Positions 51,906 through 59,943 of a DNA stretch of 64,000 bases are shown here, piece after piece. Position 1 is the first letter of the stretch. Every line of letters begins with the position of its first letter. A program made the translations under genes and the position numbers. The stretch is taken from assembly GCA_049322915.1 (NCBI GenBank), contig JBMOPW010000044.1:96001-160000 (forward strand), in the 5' to 3' direction. Under the pieces are notes generated by a model. That model was not told where the DNA came from and made no database searches. It saw only the letters and a program-made list of their open reading frames with translations. The stretch is from Candidatus Zhuqueibacterota bacterium. Its GTDB lineage: Bacteria > Zhuqueibacterota > Zhuqueibacteria > Thermofontimicrobiales > Thermofontimicrobiaceae.

Positions 51906-52041
51906 CCGGGAGTTTAGTCACGGGTAGATACCCGAGTGGGTGGACATCGCAAGGTGAATGCAGCACCCTGAAGATTGCGGAAGACTGCTGCATTGTCCAC
52001 TGAGTCGCTGCAAGCGTCTGCCGGTTCTTTGGATATTCCGG
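51906..52041 (+). ncRNA. Candidate structured RNA, family unknown
   Basis: Nested stems GTGGAC/GTCCAC and AATGCAGCA/TGCTGCATT, a GCAA-tetraloop hairpin, CGGGT/ACCCG, closing CCGGGA/TTCCGG. Confidence 0.45.
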
Positions 52042-52042
52042 T

Positions 52043-52069
52043 TAAAGTTCCGGACAAGAGTGACGATAT
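52043..52069 (+). promoter_or_regulatory. sigma28 (FliA-type) promoter
   Basis: TAAAGTTC-N11-GACGATAT versus consensus TAAAGTTT-N11-GCCGATAA. Confidence 0.7.
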
Positions 52070-52208
52070 AATAATAGTAAGGTTGAATGCTGTATAAGAT
52101 AAGTTAAATGCCGCGTGGATTCAGGTGCGTGGTCAGAATCCCTTGCGTTTTAGTTTCTCGAACTGAACCGGACTTTTCATACAGGGAATGACAACTCAGG
52201 CAGAATAA

Positions 52209-52592
52209 ATGATGGAAAATCAATCCAATATTCGAGAGATAGAAGTAAAATTTCCAAATGCTCTACGCAAGCAAATCAAGATGCTGGACAGATTGGGCTC
52301 TATGCTGCACAAGCAGAAAGAGATGATCGAAAAAGGTGAATACGAGGAATTGTTTGCAACGAGATGTGAGAAAGACCAGATCGTTAGAGAAATTAGAATT
52401 CAGGGAGAAGGTATTTTCCAATTGCAGCAGGAATGGCGCGTTCAGAAAAATGAAATTCCAAAACACGTTCATGAAAATTTGAATTCTCTGGTGACAGAAC
52501 TGAGTCAGATGATTCAAACCATTTTGACACGTGAGAATCAAAATTACTCACTGCTTGAACGTACGAATAACTATCTGGAATTCATGGAATAG
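52209..52592 (+). CDS. FlgN/FliT-like helical protein
   Basis: L..QKEMIEKGEYEEL....EKDQIV and IL.RENQN..LL pattern. Confidence 0.55.
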   Translation: MMENQSNIREIEVKFPNALRKQIKMLDRLGSMLHKQKEMIEKGEYEELFATRCEKDQIVREIRIQGEGIFQLQQEWRVQKNEIPKHVHENLNSLVTELSQMIQTILTRENQNYSLLERTNNYLEFME

Positions 52593-52690
52593 TATGGACG
52601 AAGAGTTGAAGATGCTGCCAATTTTGTGGGAAGAGTTGAATTTCTCAAGCGCTCACTGTCACTATCAACGGACCACCCTTTCAACCATGA

Positions 52691-53074
52691 TTGGAGAATA
52701 CCCCATTGGATAAAGATGGAAAATATTCCGATATTTACCTGGTGAAGCCCGACAAAAATATCGGAAATGATCCACTCAAGAAAGTTAATACAATTTCTGA
52801 TATTAAGAATCAGTCGAAAAAACACGTGGCCACAATGTTATATAATGAAGCGGTCAGAAAAATCGCTCTCGGGCTTTACGACATCAGGAAATATGGCGAT
52901 TTCGAAGACGCATGTGAGACGGCTCAAAAAATGCTGAGTTCAATTGAACAGGATCCGCCCATCCGCGAGGATAAGGTGGCGTTAGCCAAACAACGAGTGA
53001 GATCTGGTTATTACAATCAGCGACATGTCATAGAACAGACTGTTGAGAATTTATTGAAATACATGGGAATGTAA
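52691..53074 (+). CDS. Protein with FlgM-like (anti-sigma28) C-terminus
   Basis: PPIREDKVALAKQRVRSGYY....EQTVENLL resembles the FlgM motif R.EKV..LK..I..G.Y; start codon uncertain. Confidence 0.6.
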   Translation: MENTPLDKDGKYSDIYLVKPDKNIGNDPLKKVNTISDIKNQSKKHVATMLYNEAVRKIALGLYDIRKYGDFEDACETAQKMLSSIEQDPPIREDKVALAKQRVRSGYYNQRHVIEQTVENLLKYMGM

Positions 53075-53206
53075 CGAGAGGAGTTTCCCTGCTTTCTGGA
53101 TACGCAGATGATGATGAGATGAATGCGAAATGTCATAGGGTAGTGATTTTTGATGATGATGAAGTGGAATATGACAGATGAATAGGGTTCCAGGACGTAG
53201 GTGAAT

Positions 53207-53240
53207 AAAACGCCGCTTGAAAAAGCGGCGTTTTTTTTTT
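53207..53240. terminator. Bidirectional Rho-independent terminator
   Basis: AAAACGCCGCTT-gaaa-AAGCGGCGTTTT, with a 10-T run at 53231-53240. Confidence 0.9.
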
Positions 53241-53261
53241 AGTATTTTAGATACTTGGAAG

Positions 53262-55523
53262 CTACAGCGCAAATCCCAATAACTTGAGTGCGCTGTTTTT
53301 CCCTGTCTCACCTATTTCAAGTACAGGGCCCACGCACGAAGGACAGCCGGATTTGCATTTGCAATCAAGTATATGTTGTCGCGCTGCCAGCAACACATCA
53401 TTGTGCGCATAGAATAATTTTCGGCTATAGCCAACGCCGCCGGGATACACATCGTAAATATAAATAGTCGCCCGTTTGGAAAAGGTCGCTTTCACCATGG
53501 GGATAGCCCGAAGGTCGCTGGGATCGCCCATGACGTAGAACGGCGCGACGTTGGACAGCACATTGGCCACAGCTTTCAACGCTTCCCCCAATGCTGCTTC
53601 GGACAATCCCAGCATGGCAGCAGTATTCTCTTCAAACTCTAACCAGTATGATGTGGTGTGCATCTCCAGTTCCGGCAGATGGATTTGGCCCATGCCGATA
53701 TTTTCATGGGTGTGAAATTTGATTTTTTTGTAGGCCACGGCCAGGGTTCGAACGCTCACTTCGCCGTAGGCTTTGCTTCCACCTTTTGCCGGCTCATTTT
53801 CAAAAACATCCAGCACCTGCAATTCAGTTTTCGTCTGAGCGTCGGTATAATGGTCGACATCGACTTCGTGAACATAGGCCTTGCGTCGCTCCCAGTCCAG
53901 CTTGTCCACATGAAATTGCCGGCTTTCGTGCATGTAAATTGAATCTTCGAAAATGAGCATGGGCGCGCTGAAATAATCGACTTCACCAATGACACGGTCG
54001 TCATAGGTCGTGTCGATGATGACGAAATTCTCCGGTGATGCGCTGCGCAGGCTGATTTCCTGAGCCGGGTAGATGTCGCTGGTCCAGTGCCAGCGGTTGT
54101 CCACGTGATGCAGCACGCCGTTTTCCTCGAGATAGGCGAGCATTTCGTGCGTGGCGTCGGTGCCGAATTGCTCCCCGTCTTCAAATGGCAACTCGAACGC
54201 GGCGCATTTCAGATGGCTCATGAGAATGACCAGATTATTGGGATCGACGATGCCTGTCTCCGGCGATTTGCCGAAAAAGTATTCCGGGTGATTGATGATG
54301 AACTGGTCGATGGGCGCGCTGGAAGAAATGAGAATTGCCACCGATGTCTCTGACCTTCGGCCGGCGCGACCAGCCTGTTGCCAACTGCTGGTGATGGTGC
54401 CAGGGTAGCCAGCCATGAGGCACACCGATAGCTGCCCGATGTCAATGCCAAGCTCCAGCGCGTTGGTGCTGACCACCCCCAGAATCTCGCCATTGCGCAG
54501 CCCTTTTTCGATGGCCCGGCGCTCTAATGGCAAATACCCGCCCCGATAGCCGCGAATCAGGTTGGGCGATTTGTTCAAATGCTGCATGATTTCTTTGAGA
54601 TAGGTGACCAGAATTTCCACGCGCAGCCGGCTTCGGGCGAAGACAATCGTCTGGATGGCCGAGCCCAGAAATTTCTGCGCCAGCTTCTGGGTTTCGTTCA
54701 CAACGGAGCGGCGAATGCCAAGCTCAAAATTCACCACCGGCGGATTGTACAGAATGAAATGCTTTTCACCGCGCGGCGCGCCGTTATTATCGACGAGCTC
54801 GCACTCATCCTCGATAATTTTTTCTGTCAATTCTTTGGGATTGCCGATGGTGGCGGAGCAGCAAATAAACAGGGGATCGCTGTTGTAAAATTTGCAGATG
54901 CGTTTCAGCCGGCGAATGATATTGGCGAGATGACTACCGAAAACGCCGCGGTAATGGTGAATTTCATCGATCACAACATAGTTGAGATTTTCGAAAAGCT
55001 TGATCCATTTTGTGTGATGCGGCAAAATGCCCTGGTGCAGCATGTCCGGATTGGTGACGACAATGTGACCGGCCGTGCGAATGGCCTTGCGCGCCGAAAC
55101 CGGGGTATCGCCATCGAATGTGTAGGTTTTTATATTGCGATTCAACGCCGATGAGATGGAGTAAAGCTCATTCAATTGATCCTGGGACAGGGCTTTGGTT
55201 GGAAAAAGAAAAAGCGCCCGCGATTCAGGGTCTTCGATGAGCTTGTTAAGCACCGGCACATTGTAGCACAGCGTTTTCCCTGAGGCAGTCGGCGTGACCA
55301 CCACAATGTTTTTCTCACTAAGAATAGCTTCGATAGAGGATGCCTGGTGACTGTACAGTTTCTTAATGCCGCGTTCCTGCAAAATTTTCACCAGGTCTGG
55401 ATGGATGGAATCCGGGAACTCGCTGTAGATGGCATCTTTCTCAGGTATCTTCTGCCAATGGGTGATATTGGCGATCATGTCCGGGTCGTTTCGGATCAAA
55501 TCCAAAATTTGTTCTAATGTCAT
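53262..55523 (-). CDS. DEAH-box helicase with DUF1998/MZB zinc domain (MrfA/YprA/Hrq1 family)
   Basis: TPTASGKT, DEIH, SAT, STNALELGIDIG, QQAGRAGRR, C-terminal CKCKSGCPSC. Confidence 0.92.
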   Translation of the reverse strand: MTLEQILDLIRNDPDMIANITHWQKIPEKDAIYSEFPDSIHPDLVKILQERGIKKLYSHQASSIEAILSEKNIVVVTPTASGKTLCYNVPVLNKLIEDPESRALFLFPTKALSQDQLNELYSISSALNRNIKTYTFDGDTPVSARKAIRTAGHIVVTNPDMLHQGILPHHTKWIKLFENLNYVVIDEIHHYRGVFGSHLANIIRRLKRICKFYNSDPLFICCSATIGNPKELTEKIIEDECELVDNNGAPRGEKHFILYNPPVVNFELGIRRSVVNETQKLAQKFLGSAIQTIVFARSRLRVEILVTYLKEIMQHLNKSPNLIRGYRGGYLPLERRAIEKGLRNGEILGVVSTNALELGIDIGQLSVCLMAGYPGTITSSWQQAGRAGRRSETSVAILISSSAPIDQFIINHPEYFFGKSPETGIVDPNNLVILMSHLKCAAFELPFEDGEQFGTDATHEMLAYLEENGVLHHVDNRWHWTSDIYPAQEISLRSASPENFVIIDTTYDDRVIGEVDYFSAPMLIFEDSIYMHESRQFHVDKLDWERRKAYVHEVDVDHYTDAQTKTELQVLDVFENEPAKGGSKAYGEVSVRTLAVAYKKIKFHTHENIGMGQIHLPELEMHTTSYWLEFEENTAAMLGLSEAALGEALKAVANVLSNVAPFYVMGDPSDLRAIPMVKATFSKRATIYIYDVYPGGVGYSRKLFYAHNDVLLAARQHILDCKCKSGCPSCVGPVLEIGETGKNSALKLLGFAL

Positions 55524-55707
55524 GATTGAACGCCCTTTATGTGTAGTCAGTGATCCGCAATTATTACGTTTTGTGTCGGCGCGATATATATTTTGGTTGG
55601 AAGAAAATGGTCTGGAAGTGCGGGCAATTTAACAAATAATTTTTAGAAATGCAAAGCTATTTTGGTGAGAGGCAATTTGGAACGGAAGCGAAATCCATTC
55701 AAATTCA

Positions 55708-55908
55708 TTATGTTTTTCTAAGGACTTGAACACGTCCTGCAACTGATTCAACATTCTTCGATTTCACTATGTTTGGATTAATTTCTAAAATTAAATCTGT
55801 ATAATAGCAGAGTAAATCCATTCGGTCTGTAAGTGCTAACGACTGAAACCAGCGAGCTTTTGATTCTATTGACTCTTTTTCGAAGCTATGAGAAATATTT
55901 TTTTTCAT
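55708..55908 (-). CDS. Small hypothetical protein
   Basis: 66 aa, ESIESKARWFQSL..RMDLLC; AT-rich context. Confidence 0.55.
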   Translation of the reverse strand: MKKNISHSFEKESIESKARWFQSLALTDRMDLLCYYTDLILEINPNIVKSKNVESVAGRVQVLRKT

Positions 55909-55984
55909 AAATAAACCATTAATTTCATACACAATAAAAGACGAATTAATTTAACAAATAATAAAGAAATTATCAAGAAAAATA

Positions 55985-57151
55985 TTACTCAGTTATCTCT
56001 ACCAAACTGAATCGCCTGACAACCCGAAATTCATCCTCGGTTGTAGTGATGCTGTATGCCTTCCCGCCTTTGAATTCGTAAATGGGATAATCCACGGACA
56101 CCTGTTTCAGGTAAATCCCATCAGGCGAAAACACATCATAAATCGTTCCTTTGAAATCCGAGTCGTGATAAATATTGACCCACACATTTCCCTCTTCATC
56201 GAACACCAGTTTTCTTTTGAAGGCCGGCTTGAATTTCGGCAGATTGGCTAAGTATTTTTCAAACAGCCGTTTCTGCTCTGCTGTCCAGTTTGGATTGTCC
56301 TTTCTTTCGAAAGTATTTGGAACCGGCGTGAATTCCCGCCCAAAACGGAAAGCCAATTTGCCATTGGGATCGTGCACATTGATTTGGTAATTTTCATTAT
56401 AGCCCTCGTACAGCCTGCCTGAAAAATCGATGCCCCACACTGTCGTGGGCATGTCGCGGGAACCGATGGACATGCTGGATTCTTTCCCGGTGCGAACCGT
56501 GAACTGCTTCTCGTTGATGAACTCGCCGAAATTCAGAAGCTCTTTGCCATCCGAACCAAAACGGTGAATGCTGATTTTGCTGTTTATATCTTCCACGTCC
56601 AGCGTGACGTTTCTCTGAAAATAGAGATGGTTGTTCCTGTCTGTTTCCATTTCAGAGTGATACCCATTCTCCAATCTGAAGCCGGAAATGAATTTACCCA
56701 GCGTATCCAGAATAGCCACACGCCGCAGCCGGCTATCCATGATGTATATTTTGCCATCGGATGGAAGATCGAAATACACAGGCACATCGAATTCGCCAGG
56801 GCCTTCGCCCTTTCGGCCCACAGTTCTCAGGAATTTACCACATGTATCGTAAACTTTGATAGTAACGTCTCCCCAGTCCAGAATGTAAATCGTTCCGTTT
56901 TCAGCGACTTTCACATCAAACGGGCGATTGAGAATGTAGCTTTCATCGCCTTCTTCCAGCCCAATGGTAACTTCCTCTTTCATCTCATAGGTGATTTTTC
57001 CATCCCTGGGAAAATCTGGGTTGCTGACGACTTTCACGCTGTCGATGGTTTCGATTTTTACAGGGTAATTTGCATTCAGATTCTCGTTGTCACGCGAAGA
57101 GCAAGAGAAGAGTAAAAACGGTAGCCATAGATAGATTAATATGTTATACAT
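55985..57151 (-). CDS. 6-bladed beta-propeller (NHL/TolB-like) lipoprotein
   Basis: Lipobox LFSC; G.IYILD..IKVYD..GKF..VGRKGEGPGEF; YDVFSPDGIYL. Confidence 0.85.
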   Translation of the reverse strand: MYNILIYLWLPFLLFSCSSRDNENLNANYPVKIETIDSVKVVSNPDFPRDGKITYEMKEEVTIGLEEGDESYILNRPFDVKVAENGTIYILDWGDVTIKVYDTCGKFLRTVGRKGEGPGEFDVPVYFDLPSDGKIYIMDSRLRRVAILDTLGKFISGFRLENGYHSEMETDRNNHLYFQRNVTLDVEDINSKISIHRFGSDGKELLNFGEFINEKQFTVRTGKESSMSIGSRDMPTTVWGIDFSGRLYEGYNENYQINVHDPNGKLAFRFGREFTPVPNTFERKDNPNWTAEQKRLFEKYLANLPKFKPAFKRKLVFDEEGNVWVNIYHDSDFKGTIYDVFSPDGIYLKQVSVDYPIYEFKGGKAYSITTTEDEFRVVRRFSLVEITE

Positions 57152-57180
57152 TTTCAAAATCTTAGCTCCAGCAAAATGAG

Positions 57181-58194
57181 TCAAAATAATTTCAACAGAT
57201 ACTGAATTATTTTTGGATTGAATTGTTCTTCTGTGCCTTCATCCCACTGTTCCACATAAAAACTGTTCCCGCGAGTGTACGCAATCTCTTTGTCGAATGG
57301 CAAGTCACCTGCCAAAAAGTTGCCTGCTATATCATAAATTTCCAGATGCTTGTTTACCTTTGCCATAATCAGCCCTTTCTCCAAATAGTAGGGACCGTAA
57401 ACAATGATCGGTGACTCATTTTCATCGGTTACAATTTTGAACAGACTGGTTTCTCTTGTAAATGAATTTATCAATTTCCCATCCGACGAATACTTGCGAA
57501 TTTTATAGAGCAACGGGTTCATTTCATAGATATAATTATTATCGTCTATGGCCACTCCATTTTGACTTGCCATCATTTTCACCTCAAGAACTTCTTCGGG
57601 AAACGGAGCAAACGAAATAAGAGTCTTCCCGTCGCCATCGTATTTGTGAATCGTATCGTAAATATCTTTTTTGAAGGGATGTAATTCACCGGAATACATA
57701 AATAATTCATCAAGATGATTTATATGGATGAAATGTTTAATTCGGGATTTTGGAATTATAGATCGCTTAAAAGCATAATCCTTTCCATAAATATTAATTC
57801 GATTGTTCAGATAATCTACTACAAAAATATCACCGGCGCTGTTGAGAGCAAGACTCACAGGCGTGCTGTATTCACCAGGACCCTGGCCCTGTCTTCCCAA
57901 TTCTTTTACGAATCGGCCGTCAGGCCCAAAGATAAAAACTGCTTTGGACTGCCATCCATCGGCGATAATGAAGTTGCCGCTACTATCAATTTTCATGTCC
58001 GTTACCAGGGAAATGGCATGATCCGCACCTGTTGAGAGCTGCACTTCACTGGTTTTTTCAAAAATATCATCGATACATTTTGCAGCAGATATTTTCTTCC
58101 TTTCTGCCGCGGATAAAGGGGATTCAGTAGTTGGTTTTTCTGTTGAACAACGGAGGATGATAAAGAGGCTAAGAAGCAGGATGACTATGCGCAC
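57181..58194 (-). CDS. 6-bladed beta-propeller (NHL/TolB-like) lipoprotein
   Basis: Hydrophobic leader ending in Cys; GRFVKELGRQGQGPGEY. Confidence 0.85.
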   Translation of the reverse strand: MRIVILLLSLFIILRCSTEKPTTESPLSAAERKKISAAKCIDDIFEKTSEVQLSTGADHAISLVTDMKIDSSGNFIIADGWQSKAVFIFGPDGRFVKELGRQGQGPGEYSTPVSLALNSAGDIFVVDYLNNRINIYGKDYAFKRSIIPKSRIKHFIHINHLDELFMYSGELHPFKKDIYDTIHKYDGDGKTLISFAPFPEEVLEVKMMASQNGVAIDDNNYIYEMNPLLYKIRKYSSDGKLINSFTRETSLFKIVTDENESPIIVYGPYYLEKGLIMAKVNKHLEIYDIAGNFLAGDLPFDKEIAYTRGNSFYVEQWDEGTEEQFNPKIIQYLLKLF

Positions 58195-58267
58195 GATAGC
58201 TCCTTTCAGGCTAATGTCTCTTTCAGGTGATTAATTGTAATTTACACCTGCTGGAGTTTTTTCAACA

Positions 58268-59644
58268 TCAATGCTTCACTTTTTCAAGGGCATTTTTAAA
58301 ATCAAAATCAGGGTCGCGTTCGGTGGTGTGGCAATTGGTACATGTGTGCTGGACAATGGGAGCCAGCATGCCTCTGGAATGTTTTTTATTGTCCATTTTT
58401 TCTGCGGTGGCCACGTGCGTTTTGCCGGTTCCGTGGCAGGCTTCGCACTGAATATTGACCATTTCCGGCGTGTCCTTGTAGGTATAAAATCCATTGAAAC
58501 GGGCAAATCCGGTGGTATGGCATGGCAGACAATTATAGTTTTGCTGCTGTTTCTCTTTTAAGAGTCGCTGGAATGCCCGCGCATGGCCGGTCTTTTGCCA
58601 TTGGTTGTACTGGGATTCGTGGCATTTTTTGCACGTCTCCGTCCCGGAGTACATGTCCATTCGCTGGTTTTGCTGGTGATTCATGTGATAGGTGAGCGTC
58701 AGTTCTTTGTCTTTGAACTCACTGATCAACGTCAGCATGTCCGGATCGTCGCTGAACTTTTCATCCAGCGCTGTCAACTTCCCCTCGTAGTCGAGTATAT
58801 TTTTATCTTTGATTATCAGACGCAGATCGCCAATGTACTGTCCCTTGTTTCCCCCGACGACAGAGATGGCGCGATTGAGATTTTCCGGCTGCATCCGCAT
58901 CACCGGGTCATGGCCGGAAAAGAACACGTCCACTTCCGGGACAGCATCAGCGAAAAGCTTCAATTCAGTGTAGCGCAAATGCGCCAGGCAAATGAGGATA
59001 TCGCATTTGTCTTTAATCCGGGCCACCACCTGCTGCGCCGCTTCAATGGGATCTCCGACGACCAGATTCGGCTCGCCGTCTCCCAGGAAAAGCTGATCGC
59101 GGTACAACATCACCCCGAAAATTCCAACGGTCAATTTGGGGATGGTCGTGTCGCCATGTTTGATTTTCTTCAATTCCTTGATGAGATAGGGGGCAAATAC
59201 CGGTTTGTTATTTTCCGCATAGAAAATATTGGCAGAGACAAACGGGAGCTTGTATTGTTTTTGCATTTCCAATAAAAAATTAACACCGTGCAGAAAATCC
59301 CGTTCGCCCGGAGTAATGGCATCGTAATTCAGGAGAGCGAATGAACGGAGGATGAATTCGGACTTGAGCTTCTCACGGCTGCCCCGTCCTCCATTGAAAT
59401 CTCCTGTTTCGAGAATGAGAACATGTTCTCCGGAGTGTGAATGCGATTTAATGTAAGTGGCTCGCCGAGCCATTCCGCCACTGCGCTGAGAGCCTCACCC
59501 GCACGGATCCAGATAGCCCACTAAATTGCCGGAGGAAAAAATATGCAGTGGATATGTCTCTGCATCGTCCATGGGATGCGCCGATGAGAAAGAAAGGGAT
59601 AGCGCGATGAGCACCAAAACGAAGGCGGCTACTTTTTCGAGCAT
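58268..59644 (-). CDS. Secreted selenoprotein: UshA-like (degenerate metallophosphoesterase) domain + tetraheme cytochrome c; 458 aa, Sec50
   Basis: In-frame TGA at 59497-59495 in GYLDPCG-U-GSQRSGGMARRAT; signal peptide from ATG 59644 (RBS GGAG); CKKCH, CLPCH, CEACH, CTNCH. Confidence 0.85.
59455..59475 (-). promoter_or_regulatory. Candidate bacterial SECIS hairpin
   Basis: Minus strand GAATGGCTC-GGC-GAGCCACTT; G-starting apical loop begins 29 nt after the UGA. Confidence 0.55.
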
Positions 59645-59868
59645 GGCATTCTCTCCATTGTCCTGATTCGTGCAGTGGTTTATGCTACGTTCTATGCACG
59701 TTGCCCTGTTTTGTTCCAACAAGCTTTTGTCAATTTTCCCGGCCATTGATTTGAAATGAATGGCGAATTGGAAATGGCTCGTGCAAAAATGCCGGTCCGG
59801 CCGGGAAATGGGGACCAGTTCAAAATTGTAACTGTGCTGAAACTTTTTTCCCGGGGGCATTATTTGTA

Positions 59869-59897
59869 TTGACTTTCTGAACGAAAAAAGTTAGATT
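59869..59897 (+). promoter_or_regulatory. sigma70-type promoter
   Basis: TTGACT-N17-TAGATT upstream of 59944. Confidence 0.5.
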
Positions 59898-59943
59898 GGT
59901 CATCAGCAAATCCAAAGAACGACCATTTTGAGGAGTATTTGAC

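Noticed and set aside
51922..51933. GGGTA-GA-TACCC as a third LexA site
   Set aside because: Spacer is 2 nt, not 6; better explained as an RNA hairpin
53262..55523. DUF1998 helicase as part of a DISARM or Druantia defence system
   Set aside because: No methylase, DrmA/DrmD, PLD or Dru partners nearby; the architecture fits a stand-alone MrfA/YprA repair helicase
59645..59860. N-terminal extension of the 59495-59860 ORF
   Set aside because: The real start is ATG 59644 (RBS plus signal peptide); the upstream part is promoter DNA
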